The translations under genes and the position numbers were made by a program. Shown in pieces: positions 1 to 11,055 of a stretch of DNA of 64,000 bases. Numbering within the stretch: the first letter of the stretch is position 1; the number at the start of each line of letters is the position of its first letter. This stretch comes from Thermoanaerobaculia bacterium. Its GTDB lineage: Bacteria > Acidobacteriota > Thermoanaerobaculia > UBA5066. The stretch lies in the NCBI GenBank assembly GCA_963816185.1, contig CAWFJJ010000008.1, positions 192,001 through 256,000 on the forward strand, in the 5' to 3' direction. The notes below the pieces were generated by a model. It worked only from the letters and a program-made list of their open reading frames with translations, searched no databases and had not been told where the DNA came from.

Positions 1-843
1 GCCCTCGCGAACAAGGAAACGCTTGTCGTGGCCGGAGAACCGCTCGTGACGGCCGCGCGCGCGTCCGGCGCCGTGATCCTCCCCGTGGATTCCGAGCACT
101 GCGCCCTCCATCAGGCGCTCCGCGCCGGGACCCCGGAGGAAGTGAAGCGGCTCGTCCTCACCGCGTCCGGCGGGCCGTTCCGCACCCGAGACTTCGCCAC
201 GTTCGATGCGATCACCGTGGACGATGCGCTCCAGCACCCGACGTGGAAGATGGGCCCGAAGATCACGATCGACTCGGCCACGATGATGAACAAAGGACTC
301 GAGGTCATCGAGGCCCGCTGGCTCTTCGGGGTGCCGGGCAAGAAGATCGACGTCGTCATCCACCCGCAGTCCATCGTGCACTCGATGGTCGAGTACGTGG
401 ACAGCTCGGTCGTCGCGCAAATGTCGCCGAACGACATGCGTTTTCCGATCCTCTATGCGCTCACGTACCCCGAGCGCGTTCCGTCGCCGCTCAAAGGACT
501 CGACATCCAGGCCCTCGGAAAGCTCGAGTTCTTCCCGCTCGATGCGACGCGATATCCGGCCGTAGGGCTCGCCTATGCCGCGCTCGAGACCGGCGGCTCG
601 GCTCCTGCGGTGCTGAACGCGGCGAACGAGGTCGCGGTCCAGGCGTTCCTCGAAAGGCGCATTCCCTATCCTGCGATCGTCGAGATGGTCGCCCGCATCC
701 TCGGCAGACACCGCGTCGTGCGCGTGGCGTCCGTCGCGGATGCGCTCGATGCCGACGCGTGGGCGCGGCGCGAGGCCGCCGCCCTCCTTCCCCTTCTCGA
801 AACCAGCCCGCGCGCGGCAACCGCCCGCGCGTACCCCTCGTAG
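1..843 (+). CDS. dxr: 1-deoxy-D-xylulose 5-phosphate reductoisomerase (5' truncated by window)
   Basis: Frame open from base 1: [43 protein letters not shown] motifs. Confidence 0.97.
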   Translation, partial: ALANKETLVVAGEPLVTAARASGAVILPVDSEHCALHQALRAGTPEEVKRLVLTASGGPFRTRDFATFDAITVDDALQHPTWKMGPKITIDSATMMNKGLEVIEARWLFGVPGKKIDVVIHPQSIVHSMVEYVDSSVVAQMSPNDMRFPILYALTYPERVPSPLKGLDIQALGKLEFFPLDATRYPAVGLAYAALETGGSAPAVLNAANEVAVQAFLERRIPYPAIVEMVARILGRHRVVRVASVADALDADAWARREAAALLPLLETSPRAATARAYPS

Positions 844-857
844 AACCCCGAGGCCCC

Positions 858-2210
858 ATGACCATTCCGACCAACATCCTCGCGTTGATCTTCGTGCTCT
901 CGTTCCTCATCGTGTTTCACGAAGGGGGACACTTCCTCGTCGCAAAGCTCTTCAAGTTCCCGGTCGAGATCTTCTCGCTGGGATTCGGCAAGCGGCTCTT
1001 CGGCTGGAAAAGGAAAGAAACCGACTATCGGGTCTCGGCGATCCCGCTCGGCGGCTACGTGAAGGTCGTCGGCCTGGGTCCCGACGAGAGCGATGTCGTG
1101 CACGGCACGGCCGAAGCGGCGGTGACGCAGCCCGGCACACGCCTCCAGCGCCTTCTCATCCTCTTCGCCGGCCCGGGCGTGAATCTGGTTCTCGCCGTGC
1201 TCCTCACCGCAGGCGCGTTCATGATCGGCATGGACATTCCGAGGTACTACGAAGAGCGTCCGGTCGTGAAGTTCGTGGACCCCGACAGCCCGGCCGAGAA
1301 GGCCGGCGTCCAGATCGAAGACGTGATCGTGAAGCTCGGGGGAAAGCCCGTCACGACCTGGCGGGAGGTCGAGTTCGGCACGGGGCTGGCCTCGCGGGAG
1401 CAGATTCCCGTCGAGGTCGTTCGACAGGGACGGGTCGTCTCTCTGACGCTCAAGCCCGAGCCAAGAACCGAGGAAGAGAAGAAGTACGACGTCGGGTTCA
1501 CCGGCCTCCATGCGTCCGTGCCCGTCTACATCGGAATGCTCCAGCCCAATGCGCCGGGGGTGAAGGCCGGGCTGAAAGTCGGCGACCGGATCGTGAAGGT
1601 CAACGGGCACGACGTCTCGTGCTTCGCAGCCGTGGTCTGGCGCATCGCGCAAGCGGCGGCAGATTTCAAGGAGACGGGGCCCCGGCCCATCGATCTCGTC
1701 GTCGAGCGGGACGGGAAGATGCTGACTCTTCCGGTCACGCCGCGGGCCGAAGGCTCTTCGTGGAAGATCGGGTTCGGCGCCACCCTTCGCGACACGGTGC
1801 GGCGTTCTCTGCCGCTTCTCCCCGCGCTCGAGGCCTCGATCAACGAGCTGCGCGAGCAGACGCGCGCGACCGCAACCGTCCTGAGGCGCCTCGTCTCGTT
1901 CAAGGGCTCCTTTCGGCAGTTTTCGGGTCCGATCGACATCGCGAAGTTCTCGGGCGAGGCGGCTCGCTCGGGCCCCGCGTCGCTCCTCAGCCTGATGGGC
2001 ATCCTGTCTCTTCAGCTCGGGATCCTGAACCTGTTTCCGATCCCGCTCCTCGACGGCGGGCAGATCTTCGTCACGCTCCTCGAGGCCGTCGCGAGGCGGG
2101 ATTTCTCGCTCAAGGTGAAGGAGCGGCTCCTGCAAGCGGGCTTCGTCTTCCTGGTTCTCATCATGGTGACCGTCCTTTACTTCGACGTCCTGAAGAACGT
2201 CAATTTCTGA
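858..2210 (+). CDS. rseP: RIP metalloprotease RseP with two PDZ domains
   Basis: HEGGH zinc motif, [17 protein letters not shown]; follows dxr. Confidence 0.95.
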   Translation: MTIPTNILALIFVLSFLIVFHEGGHFLVAKLFKFPVEIFSLGFGKRLFGWKRKETDYRVSAIPLGGYVKVVGLGPDESDVVHGTAEAAVTQPGTRLQRLLILFAGPGVNLVLAVLLTAGAFMIGMDIPRYYEERPVVKFVDPDSPAEKAGVQIEDVIVKLGGKPVTTWREVEFGTGLASREQIPVEVVRQGRVVSLTLKPEPRTEEEKKYDVGFTGLHASVPVYIGMLQPNAPGVKAGLKVGDRIVKVNGHDVSCFAAVVWRIAQAAADFKETGPRPIDLVVERDGKMLTLPVTPRAEGSSWKIGFGATLRDTVRRSLPLLPALEASINELREQTRATATVLRRLVSFKGSFRQFSGPIDIAKFSGEAARSGPASLLSLMGILSLQLGILNLFPIPLLDGGQIFVTLLEAVARRDFSLKVKERLLQAGFVFLVLIMVTVLYFDVLKNVNF

Positions 2211-3466
2211 TGTCCAATCGGACGATCCGCCCGCGCCACACGACCGTCGGCGTGCGGGTGGGAGACGTGCAGGTCGGAGGCGGCGCGCCGATCGTCGTGC
2301 AGTCCATGTCGAACACGGACACGGCCGACGTCGCGGCTACGGTCCGGCAGGCCCTCGAGCTCGCCGAGGCGGGCTCCGAGCTCGTCCGCGTCACGGTGAA
2401 CGTCGACGAGGCCGCCCGGGCCGTCCCCGAGATCCGGAAACGTCTCCTCGGCGCGGGCTGCGGCGTCCCTCTCATCGGCGACTTCCATTACAACGGGCAC
2501 GTCCTTCTCACGAAGTACCCGGAGATGGCGAAGGCGCTCGACAAGTACCGGATCAACCCCGGAAACGTGGGCACGGGAAAGAGACGCGACGAGCAGTTCG
2601 CGACGATCTGCTCCGTCGCACGCGACCTCGACCGGCCCGTGCGCATCGGCGTGAACGGCGGCTCCCTGAACCAGGAGCTCGTCATGCGGAAGATGCAGGA
2701 GAACACCGACCGCGATCTCGGCCGCTCGTCGGAGGAGATCGTAAACGAGTGCATCGTCCTCTCGGCTCTCGAGTCGACGGAGCTCGCGCTCGAGACGGGC
2801 ATGAAGAAGGACCAGATCATCATCTCGTGCAAGGTCTCGCGCCCGAACGACCTCATCGCCGTCTACCGCGAGCTCGCGACGAAGACCGACCAGCCGCTGC
2901 ATCTCGGCCTCACCGAGGCCGGGATTGGGACGAAGGGCCTCGTGTGGTCGTCGGCCGCGATGGGCGTCCTCCTGAACGAGGGGATCGGCGACACGATCCG
3001 CGTCTCTCTCACGCCCCGTCCGGGCGGCGACCGGCGCGAAGAGGTGTACGCCGCATGCGAGCTCCTTCAGTCGCTCGGCCTCCGCAGCTTCTCGCCGTCC
3101 GTCACGGCCTGCCCCGGCTGCGGCCGCACGACGTCCACACTGTTCCAGGAGCTCGCCGAGCGGATCCAGAGCTACGTCCGCGAGCAGATGCCTGCCTGGA
3201 AGACGCGCTACGAGGGCGTCGAGACGATGACGCTCGCGGTCATGGGCTGCATCGTGAACGGCCCCGGTGAATCGAAGGCCGCGAACATCGGCATTTCACT
3301 GCCGGGCACGGGCGAGGCGCCGAGCTGCCCCGTCTACATCGACGGCCAGAAGTTCACGACGCTCAAGGGCACGCACGAGGAGCTGTCGCAGGCGTTCCGG
3401 AAGCTCGTCGAGGACTACGTCGCGACGAAATATCCGCGGAAAAATGAGGGGCCGGCGGCACCCTGA
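2210..3466 (+). CDS. ispG: (E)-4-hydroxy-3-methylbut-2-enyl-diphosphate synthase
   Basis: [38 protein letters not shown]; ATG overlaps the rseP stop. Confidence 0.97.
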   Translation: MSNRTIRPRHTTVGVRVGDVQVGGGAPIVVQSMSNTDTADVAATVRQALELAEAGSELVRVTVNVDEAARAVPEIRKRLLGAGCGVPLIGDFHYNGHVLLTKYPEMAKALDKYRINPGNVGTGKRRDEQFATICSVARDLDRPVRIGVNGGSLNQELVMRKMQENTDRDLGRSSEEIVNECIVLSALESTELALETGMKKDQIIISCKVSRPNDLIAVYRELATKTDQPLHLGLTEAGIGTKGLVWSSAAMGVLLNEGIGDTIRVSLTPRPGGDRREEVYAACELLQSLGLRSFSPSVTACPGCGRTTSTLFQELAERIQSYVREQMPAWKTRYEGVETMTLAVMGCIVNGPGESKAANIGISLPGTGEAPSCPVYIDGQKFTTLKGTHEELSQAFRKLVEDYVATKYPRKNEGPAAP

Positions 3467-3476
3467 ACCGCCGCGC

Positions 3477-4463
3477 TCAGCTTCCGGGCCGCCCCTTTCT
3501 CTCGAACCGCGCCTTGAGCCGCTTGGAGAGGGCGATCTGCTTGGCGTAGTTCAGGGAATAGACGGCGATGGGGGCACCAGCCACGTTGAACGGCACCGAG
3601 GCGAGCGCGAGTAGGAAGTGACGCGCCTTCTCGGTCGGCGTGTACGCGGGATTCCTGAAGTCCACGACCGTGCGGTAGTACCTGCCGAGCAGCTCGTAGA
3701 CGTCGCCGAGGACCTTCGTGAAGCCCATCTCGACGCCCCAGGAGAGGCACTCGCCCGCGCGGACCGAGGAAAGGAACTCCCGCCAGGTCGCTCCCGGCGC
3801 CATCGTGAAGACGGACGCGACGGGCGGATACGTGTGGGCGTCCGATCCGCCGACGAGGGCGAGCGAGCCGCGCTTCTCCTTGGCGGCGGTCAGGAGGTCC
3901 TCCACGAGGGCGTTGTGTTGGTACGCCATCGAGCCGTTCTTCACCTCGAAGACGTCGAAAAGCTCGAGCATCGTCGTGAAGAAGTCCTCGGGGGCCTGCC
4001 GCATGCGGTACGACTGGAAGAGGTGGTTCGCCGAGTAGAGAAGTCCCTCGCTCCTGAGGTACTCGACGAGGTCGAAGATGTTGCGCCGCTTCTTGTCGAC
4101 CACCTTCCATTGCGGGAGCGAGAGGTCGAAGACGTTCACGTGGATGCGGTGACCCGTGCGGGGGAAGAACGTCTCGATCTCGGCCGAAACGAAGAAATCC
4201 GCGTAGTCCGGATGGCGGTCCTGGAACTTCAGACAGCCGTCCACGGTGTCGTGGTCCGTGAACGTCACGAAATCCATGCCGCGGCTCTTGGCGAGACGAT
4301 AGGTTTCGTCGGGGTCGTTGTACGAGTCGCGCGTGTTCGCCGCCTTGAAGTATTTGAAGACGGACGCGTTCGTGTGCAGATGGAGGTCCGCCCGCGCGAG
4401 GGGCAAGGCCGGCCGGGATTCGGTTTCGGCGGAGCCGGGGGGGAAAGGGGGTGTGTCCGCCAT
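3477..4463 (-). CDS. PHP-domain metal-dependent phosphoesterase
   Basis: DLHLHT, FTDHD, GGSDAH motifs; start taken at MADTPP. Confidence 0.85.
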   Translation of the reverse strand: MADTPPFPPGSAETESRPALPLARADLHLHTNASVFKYFKAANTRDSYNDPDETYRLAKSRGMDFVTFTDHDTVDGCLKFQDRHPDYADFFVSAEIETFFPRTGHRIHVNVFDLSLPQWKVVDKKRRNIFDLVEYLRSEGLLYSANHLFQSYRMRQAPEDFFTTMLELFDVFEVKNGSMAYQHNALVEDLLTAAKEKRGSLALVGGSDAHTYPPVASVFTMAPGATWREFLSSVRAGECLSWGVEMGFTKVLGDVYELLGRYYRTVVDFRNPAYTPTEKARHFLLALASVPFNVAGAPIAVYSLNYAKQIALSKRLKARFERKGRPGS

Positions 4464-4519
4464 GGGAAGGGCAGTCTCTGTGTCCGCGCCCGACGAGTCA
4501 AGGATCTCGGCCCGAAGGT

Positions 4520-5224
4520 CTACGCAGTCTCGCCGGCGAAGTTGAACGTCCCCCACATTTGGATTTCGGTCTCGAAGCTCACCGGCACGTAGACGGTGCC
4601 GGTGGCAAGGTAGAACTCCATGACATGACCGGGACTGACCTTGTAGTAGTCGTCCGGCGGCCCCCATGGAGTCGTCGGGTTGATGATCGGTGAAGTCCCT
4701 TGCCGAGCCTTGCAATCGAGCTCGCGGACGGTCATCGGCGATCTGGTCATGAAGGCGTTCCACTCGCCCTTGAACCAGGCAGGGGGATAGGCACCTGGGT
4801 CCACGGAGACCGGCCCGGCCGAGAACGAGTAGATCGCGTTCCGCGATGCACCCTCGAGGTATTGGACGAGGAAGATCTGCGTCCGCATCGAAGGCACATC
4901 CTCGGAGTCCGACTGCTGCCGGCGCATACGGAATCCCAGCGACCTGTACTCTTCCACCGCCGCCATTTCGTTCATCTTCTTCAGGGTCGCGCCGGCGGGG
5001 TCGACTCGCGAATCGGCGAGCTTCCAGCCGAAATGTTTGAGCTGGAAGGCCTGGATGGCGCCTTTCGTCTTGGGACCGCAGATGCCGTCCACCTTCAAGG
5101 GAGAATTGGGGCCGCCGTTCGCGGGTGTGATGTCGTTGAGAAGCTGTTGGATCGTCACGACATCGTCATAGAGGTTCTTCGCCTTCTGCCCGTCTCCGAC
5201 CGGCTGCTGGATGGATCTGTCCAT
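4520..5224 (-). CDS. Protein with N-terminal peptidoglycan-binding (PG_binding_1-like) domain and unknown C-terminal domain
   Basis: DVVTIQQLLN...VDGICGPKTKGAIQAFQ...DSRVDP; GGAGGG RBS upstream. Confidence 0.75.
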   Translation of the reverse strand: MDRSIQQPVGDGQKAKNLYDDVVTIQQLLNDITPANGGPNSPLKVDGICGPKTKGAIQAFQLKHFGWKLADSRVDPAGATLKKMNEMAAVEEYRSLGFRMRRQQSDSEDVPSMRTQIFLVQYLEGASRNAIYSFSAGPVSVDPGAYPPAWFKGEWNAFMTRSPMTVRELDCKARQGTSPIINPTTPWGPPDDYYKVSPGHVMEFYLATGTVYVPVSFETEIQMWGTFNFAGETA

Positions 5225-5407
5225 TGAACGGCCCTCCGTTGTGGTGCTGCGTTACTCGATCCAAATCGAACGCATCGGCGAGCCCTGGGGCGGGACACGG
5301 AAAAAGGCGGGAGCGGAAGAGCCGGGTCCGCCACGGGAGGGAAAGTTTCCCGGTCTGCGCGGGGAGAGTCAAGGAGATCGCCTCGAGCCTGCTAAAGTCG
5401 ATTCGCC

Positions 5408-6133
5408 ATGGGAGGAGTGTTCGGAAGAGTGATTTACGCGATGTTGCTTGCCGGCGTGCTCGCGACGGCGACCTGGGTGTCCTTCACGCGATTCGTGGCA
5501 GGGAAGTCGCTCAAGGTGCCGAACTTCACGAACCTCACGGCCGAGGAGGCAGCGACCCTGGCGGCCGAACGCGGCCTCGAGGTGAAGGTAGATCCCGCGC
5601 AGGAGGGCTTCGACGACGCGGTCGCCGCGCATCGCGTGCGAAGCCAGATACCGGCCGCGGACACCGCCGTCAAGGGCGGCCAGACGATTCGCATCGCGCT
5701 CTCGCTCGGTCCCCGCGCCGTTCGGATGCCTGATCTCACGGGTCTCTCGGCGCGCGCGGCCGCGCTCACCGTCGCGAAAGCAGGGCTCAAGGAGGCCGCG
5801 GTCTCCTCCATTCGGCTGCCGGGCCCGGCCGGAGTCGTCGCCCAGGGCATCGCGCCCGGGTCGATCACTCCGCCCGATTCGCCGGTCGACGTGCTCGTGA
5901 ATCGGGGGATGCCGGAGGTCGCCTGGGTCATGCCCGACCTCATCGGCCGGGACTTCGAGCGCGTCCGGACGGCCTTCGAGGAGCGGGGCTTCCGCATCGG
6001 CGGCGTCAAGAGCCAGTCGTACGAGGGCGCCATCACCGGCACGATCCTCAGGCAGTTCCCGCTCGCGGGCTCCCCGGTCACCAGGCGAGACGCCCTGTCC
6101 TTCGTGATCGCCTCACCGGAGGGTGGCGCTTGA
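5408..6133 (+). CDS. Membrane-anchored PASTA-repeat protein (three PASTA domains, no kinase)
   Basis: N-terminal TM helix; VPNFTN, MPDLTG, MPDLIG repeats with Q.P.AG. Confidence 0.85.
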   Translation: MGGVFGRVIYAMLLAGVLATATWVSFTRFVAGKSLKVPNFTNLTAEEAATLAAERGLEVKVDPAQEGFDDAVAAHRVRSQIPAADTAVKGGQTIRIALSLGPRAVRMPDLTGLSARAAALTVAKAGLKEAAVSSIRLPGPAGVVAQGIAPGSITPPDSPVDVLVNRGMPEVAWVMPDLIGRDFERVRTAFEERGFRIGGVKSQSYEGAITGTILRQFPLAGSPVTRRDALSFVIASPEGGA

Positions 6134-6807
6134 GCATCGCCCTCGCGCCTTCGCTGCTCTCGGCCGATTTCTCGCGGCTTGGCGAGGCTGCGCGCGCGTG
6201 CGAAGACGGCGGCGCCGACTGGATTCACTTCGACGTCATGGACGGGCACTTCGTCCCGAATCTGACCGTCGGGCCGATCGTCCTGAATGCGCTCCGCGGG
6301 GTCACGCGGGTGCCCTTCGACGTTCATCTCATGATCGAGGAGCCGCTCTCGACGCTCGACCAATACCTCGATGCGGGCGCGTCGCGCGTGGCCGTCCACG
6401 TCGAGGCCGAGCCGCATCTCCACCGGTTCGCCCAGCACGCGCGCGGACGCAACGCGAGCCCGGGCGTCGCGATCAATCCGGGCACCTCCCTCGCGGTCCT
6501 CGACGAGGCGATTCTCTTCGTCGACTTCGTCCTCTTGATGACGGTCAACCCGGGCTGGGGCGGGCAGGCCTTCATCGAGGCTTCGCTCGACCGGGTGGCG
6601 CGCCTGTCGGGGTCGATCCGCAGCTCGGGTTCGCGGGCGACGATCGCGGTGGACGGGGGAGTCGGTCCCGGGAACATCGGCGACCTCGTTCGCGCAGGGG
6701 CGCGCCATTTCGTCGCGGGCGCATCAGTTTTTTCGGCGGGGGACGTGCCGGGAGCGATCCGACGCCTCCGGGAAGCCGCCGGATCGCCCGGCACCTTACG
6801 TGCTTGA
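6130..6807 (+). CDS. rpe: Ribulose-phosphate 3-epimerase
   Basis: APSLLSADF, HFDVMDGHFVPN, DVHLMI, MTVNPG, VDGG. Confidence 0.97.
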   Translation: MSIALAPSLLSADFSRLGEAARACEDGGADWIHFDVMDGHFVPNLTVGPIVLNALRGVTRVPFDVHLMIEEPLSTLDQYLDAGASRVAVHVEAEPHLHRFAQHARGRNASPGVAINPGTSLAVLDEAILFVDFVLLMTVNPGWGGQAFIEASLDRVARLSGSIRSSGSRATIAVDGGVGPGNIGDLVRAGARHFVAGASVFSAGDVPGAIRRLREAAGSPGTLRA

Positions 6808-6841
6808 AAGGTCGCCGAAGTCCGTGCATCCTCCGAAGTCC

Positions 6842-7657
6842 ATGTCGCGACGAACGTCTCCTCGCCTCCTCGCAGCCGCAACTTTCGGCGCGGCGCTCGC
6901 GATTCTGTCTGGCTGCAGCTCTTCGAACGACGCCGCGAAGCTGACACGCGAGCTCCTGACGATGCCGAAGGAGGAGGCGTACGCGCGAGGCGAAGCGCTC
7001 GTGAAGAAAAAGAAGTATGAGACGGGACGTCAGTACCTCCGTTTCGTAGCCGAGAACTACGCGAACGACCCGATCGGACGGCAGGCCGCCCTTCGCCTCG
7101 CCGATTCGTTCTTCGACGAGAAGACTCAGCTCGGTTACCTCGAGGCCGGCGTGAGGTACAAGGACTTCCGAAATCGCTACCCGTCGCACCCGAAATCCGA
7201 CTACGCTCTTTTCCGCCTCGCACAGTGCTCGGACAAGCAGGCCGAGCGCCCGGACCGGGAGCAGGGAAACACGCGCACGGCCGCGACTGCCTACCGGGAG
7301 CTCATCATCAATTACCCCGACTCTCCGTACGCCACGGAGTCGCGTGCTCGCCTCGGAGTGATGCGCAGTCTCCTCGCCGACCACGAGTATCTCGTGGGCC
7401 ATTTCTACCTGCGGCGCAAGGCGTGGCGGGCGGCGAAGGGCCGGATGGACACGATCCTCACCGCCTATCCCGATTACCCCGGCCTCGACAAGGTCCTCTA
7501 CGAGGCGGGTCTTCTCGAGACGAGAATGGGCAACAAAGACGAGGCCCGGACGCTCTGGGAGCGCCTCGCGCGCGACTATCCGGCAAGTCCGCTCGTGAGG
7601 AAGTTGCCCGCTCCGCGGGCCGGCGCGGCCGCACCGATTCGGGCGGCCGGCCGCTGA
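6842..7657 (+). CDS. bamD: Outer membrane protein assembly factor BamD (TPR lipoprotein)
   Basis: Lipobox LSGC; YPSHPKSDYA, RDQ-like REQ, YPDSPY, HEYLVGHFY. Confidence 0.9.
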   Translation: MSRRTSPRLLAAATFGAALAILSGCSSSNDAAKLTRELLTMPKEEAYARGEALVKKKKYETGRQYLRFVAENYANDPIGRQAALRLADSFFDEKTQLGYLEAGVRYKDFRNRYPSHPKSDYALFRLAQCSDKQAERPDREQGNTRTAATAYRELIINYPDSPYATESRARLGVMRSLLADHEYLVGHFYLRRKAWRAAKGRMDTILTAYPDYPGLDKVLYEAGLLETRMGNKDEARTLWERLARDYPASPLVRKLPAPRAGAAAPIRAAGR

Positions 7658-7680
7658 AGCGCCCTCCAAGAGGGCCGGAT

Positions 7681-7710
7681 TTGACGCAACCGCTTCCGAT
7701 GCGGTAACTT
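7681..7710 (+). promoter_or_regulatory. Putative sigma70-type promoter
   Basis: TTGACG-18 nt-TAACTT upstream of the gene at 7783. Confidence 0.5.
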
Positions 7711-7782
7711 AGGGTGCCTTTTCGTCACGTTCTCGCTCGGCTCTGCCGTCCCTTGGGCACCGTTTTCGAGCAGGAGGTCGTC

Positions 7783-8667
7783 ATGCGTCATCCTCTGGCT
7801 GCGCTCACGGCGGGCATCCTTCTCGCCGCCCAGCCCTTTCTCAGGGCATCAGACGAGCCGCGTACGCCTCTGACTAAAGAGCCGCCTGCCGTCAGCGGTT
7901 CTCGGCTCGAGACGGTCGCCCGGGAGCCGGTGACCGTGACGGGGCCGATTCCGATCGGCGTCGAGGCCGATGTGTACTGCTCGGGCTATTTGGGGGAGCC
8001 GGCCGAAGTTTTCCCCGGGACGATCGTGAGCGCCGAGAAGGAGGAGAACCAGACGATGTTCATGCAGGGCGACATCGTCTACCTTGATATCGGAGAGCGG
8101 GACGGCGTCCAGGCGGGAATGGAATTCACGATCGTGCGGCCCTGGCGCCTCGTGAACAAATGGAGCGTGCGGTCTTTCTCCTCGTATTCCGGTCCGGCCC
8201 CCGACCTCGACGTGGTCGGACGCATCTACAAGACTCCCGGCCGCGTGCGCGTAATTTGCGCGCAGGAGCGGTCGTCCATCGCCGAGATCTCCTACGGGTG
8301 CTCCGACACCGAGATCGGAGACTTCGTCTCTCCTTTCGAGCCGATTCCGGTGCCGCTCGTGCGCCGGACGCAGGTGACGACGATGTGTGATACGCCGAAT
8401 GGAAAGGTGATCGGCCACATCGTGGAAACCAGAGATGACGTGACTCCCGTCGGAACCGCTTCCGTCGTCTTCCTGGACCTTGGAGAAGCCGACGGCCTGA
8501 ATCCCGGAGACTTCCTCACCGTTTATCGCCCGTCCAGCCGCGCGGAAGGAGTCCGGACGATCCTCGGCGAGGCCTCGATCCTGACGACGAGACCCCGGAC
8601 CTCGGTCGCCATCATTACCCTCATGTCCGACACGATGGGCGTCGGCGACGCCGTCGAGCTCAAGTAA
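7783..8667 (+). CDS. Exported hypothetical protein with duplicated beta-barrel (FlgT_C-like) modules
   Basis: AGGAGG RBS, signal peptide, two 'VYLD.G..DG...G..F...R' repeats. Confidence 0.7.
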   Translation: MRHPLAALTAGILLAAQPFLRASDEPRTPLTKEPPAVSGSRLETVAREPVTVTGPIPIGVEADVYCSGYLGEPAEVFPGTIVSAEKEENQTMFMQGDIVYLDIGERDGVQAGMEFTIVRPWRLVNKWSVRSFSSYSGPAPDLDVVGRIYKTPGRVRVICAQERSSIAEISYGCSDTEIGDFVSPFEPIPVPLVRRTQVTTMCDTPNGKVIGHIVETRDDVTPVGTASVVFLDLGEADGLNPGDFLTVYRPSSRAEGVRTILGEASILTTRPRTSVAIITLMSDTMGVGDAVELK

Positions 8668-8769
8668 GGAAACACGCCGAAAAAACTGTTGCGGGATGAA
8701 GATCCCGTGATAGTTTTCTCTCCCCCAAACGGCGAGCGTTCGTGCGGTGTTGTGGGAGGAGACGTGTCT

Positions 8770-9003
8770 GTGACGATCGACGGGCAGCTGCAACGGATCA
8801 TCGACGAGCTGGTCTCGAAGGGAATTCCGCTCGAGGCCGCGAAGAAGGAATTCGAGAAGAAGTACGTTGCGGCGGCCGTGACGCGCGCCTCCGGCAACAT
8901 GGGCCGCGCCGCGAAGTCCCTCGGCATCCACCGCAATACGCTGCGGGCCAAGATCTCGCTCCTGAAGGTGAAGCCGCCGCTGCGCGGACGCGACAACAGT
9001 TAA
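8770..9003 (+). CDS. Small Fis-family HTH protein
   Basis: GNMGRAAKSLGIHRNTLRAK; GGAGGA RBS before GTG. Confidence 0.85.
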   Translation: MTIDGQLQRIIDELVSKGIPLEAAKKEFEKKYVAAAVTRASGNMGRAAKSLGIHRNTLRAKISLLKVKPPLRGRDNS

Positions 9004-9100
9004 GTCGGGGTCATTCCCCCGTGCGCCATGGCCTCGAGGCGCGCGACGCGCTCCTCGGTGGGCGGATGGGTCGAGAACAGGCGCGCGAGGCCTCCCGGAA
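9000..9100 (-). pseudogene. htpX: C-terminal remnant of HtpX zinc protease
   Basis: Minus strand reads GGLARLFSTHPPTEERVARLEAMAHGGMTPT*; no start and rest of gene absent. Confidence 0.8.
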
Positions 9101-9180
9101 CGGTTCACATGAAAATCGAGGGCCCGCCAGAACCTCGCGGTCTGTTCGTCCCGAAGCCGGGCCTCGGCCTGACGGCCTGC

Positions 9181-9375
9181 CTACTTGGGCTTATCGGTCC
9201 CGTCGTTCTTCGGGGCGTCCTTCGAATCTCCGGTCTGGCCTTCGCGCATCGAATCCTTGAAGTTCTTGATGCCTTCGCCGAGGCCCTTGCCGAGCTGCGG
9301 GATCTTGCCGGCCCCGAAGATGAGGACGACGATGACAAGGATGACGAGAAGTTCGGGAAGTCCGAGATTCGGCAC
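9181..9375 (-). CDS. tatA: Twin-arginine translocase TatA/E subunit
   Basis: [37 protein letters not shown]; AGGAGG RBS. Confidence 0.95.
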   Translation of the reverse strand: MPNLGLPELLVILVIVVLIFGAGKIPQLGKGLGEGIKNFKDSMREGQTGDSKDAPKNDGTDKPK

Positions 9376-9412
9376 AGGATCCTCCTGCCGGCGTGATCAT
9401 ACCCCCCCGAGC

Positions 9413-10339
9413 TCAGAGGAATGCGAGCAGAGGAGCGAATGGGCCTCCGGGCGACGTGTGGCGACGGATGACGCGGCGCGCCGCCTCGCGGTGCGGGCGA
9501 TAGAACGGCCGGCCCATGAGCATCATCTTCTCGAACGTTCCGAGGACCTTCCAGGCTCTTTGTAAGAGAACCGGCTCTGAATACGCCGCGGCGTCGCATG
9601 CCACGGCTTCGGCGACCCTTTCGAAGCGGAGGGAGACCGGGTCGTAGTCCGGCGGCCCAAGGCGCAGATCCTGAAAATCGATCGCCGCGAGGCGGCCGCC
9701 GGGCGCGCGCATGAGGTTATTCGCGTGATAGTCACGGTGCGTTGGAACGGGCTCACCGGTGCCGCGGGGATCGGCCGCTGCGCGGGCGAGGGCCAGCGCG
9801 AGCTGCTGCCAGCCGGCGGCACGAGACGCGCCGAGAGGTTCGCGACCTCCCTTCTCGAGCGCCCAGTGCCGGGTGTGCTCGAGCTCGGCGGCGAAGAACT
9901 CTGCATCGAAGGCGGAATTGAGCGTCGCGGCCGTCCGCGAGACTGAGCGGACCGAGTGAAGCAGCTCCTCGGCCTCATCGAGGAGACGCGCACGATTCTC
10001 GACTGGCGCCTCGGCGAGTTCGATGGCGAGATCGCGGTCTCCGAGATCCTCGATGAGCGCCACGCCGAGGTCCGGGGCGTCCGCGTGAAGCGCGGGCACG
10101 CGCACGCCGGCGGCAGCGAGGGCCGCGCCGACCAGGGCCCAGTTCGTCTGCGCGACCGAGGCCGGCTGCGGATAGAGAACGAGAAGAGTCGACGAGCGGC
10201 CGGCGGTGGGCTGCCGATAGTAACGGCGCGCGCCGATGTCTCCGGCGAGGGGCTCGGGTGCCGAAGCGCCGCCCAGGCCGAAGCGCTCACGAGCACAATC
10301 GAGGCGTCTTGCCGCCTCGAGCTCCGGGAGGTCGGTCAC
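9413..10339 (-). CDS. APH/choline-kinase-family phosphotransferase, AmgK-like
   Basis: LAGDIGARRYYR, EDLGD, HRDYHANNLM, IDFQD; GTGA overlap with upstream gene. Confidence 0.8.
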   Translation of the reverse strand: MTDLPELEAARRLDCARERFGLGGASAPEPLAGDIGARRYYRQPTAGRSSTLLVLYPQPASVAQTNWALVGAALAAAGVRVPALHADAPDLGVALIEDLGDRDLAIELAEAPVENRARLLDEAEELLHSVRSVSRTAATLNSAFDAEFFAAELEHTRHWALEKGGREPLGASRAAGWQQLALALARAAADPRGTGEPVPTHRDYHANNLMRAPGGRLAAIDFQDLRLGPPDYDPVSLRFERVAEAVACDAAAYSEPVLLQRAWKVLGTFEKMMLMGRPFYRPHREAARRVIRRHTSPGGPFAPLLAFL

Positions 10340-11055
10340 CCCTTCTTCACCGGCGCCCGTGCCGGCGCCGGCGTCGCGGCCGGAGCCGCGCTCTCCTCGA
10401 CGATCTCGATTTTCACCAGCTTCTGGTAGGCGCGGGGCTTGCCGAGATTGTGATTCGCGGGATCCGGATTCGATTCCGCCACGATGCGGTCCACGACGTC
10501 CATGCCTTTCACGACCTCGCCGAACGCCGTGTACTGGTGGTCGAGAGAAGGGTAGTCCTTGAGGACGATGAAGAACTGGGAGGAGGCCGAATCGGGCGCC
10601 GAAGAGCGGGCCATCGAGACGATGCCGCGCTTGTGCTGCGTCTCGTTGAACTCCGGCTTCAACGTGACCGGATTTCCTTTCGCGTCGGTCTTGCCGGCGT
10701 TTCCCCACACGAACGCGTTCTTCGGATCCTTCGTCAGAGGATCGCCGCCCTGCAGGATGAAGCCCGGGATGACGCGGTGGAAGAGCGTGCCGTCGTAGAA
10801 GCCCGAAGCCGCGAGATCGATGAAATTCTTCACGTGATTCGGGGCTCGGTCGTAGAAGAAGCGGATCGTCACGTCGCCGCGCTCGGTATGGAGGATGGCC
10901 AGCGAATGGGCGTAGTCGTGAGGCGCCGCTTTGACGGGAACCTTCTTTCTCGCCTTCGGTTTCACGGCCGCGGCGAAGGTCGGGACGGAAGCCAGGACGA
11001 GAAGAGCCGCGAAGGCCGCGCAGACCGCTCGGGAAGCAGCCGTTCGGATCGACAT
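10336..11055 (-). CDS. Exported cyclophilin-type peptidyl-prolyl isomerase
   Basis: FYDGTLFHRVIPGFILQGGDP, SMAR, SASSQFFI; signal peptide. Confidence 0.93.
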   Translation of the reverse strand: MSIRTAASRAVCAAFAALLVLASVPTFAAAVKPKARKKVPVKAAPHDYAHSLAILHTERGDVTIRFFYDRAPNHVKNFIDLAASGFYDGTLFHRVIPGFILQGGDPLTKDPKNAFVWGNAGKTDAKGNPVTLKPEFNETQHKRGIVSMARSSAPDSASSQFFIVLKDYPSLDHQYTAFGEVVKGMDVVDRIVAESNPDPANHNLGKPRAYQKLVKIEIVEESAAPAATPAPARAPVKKG

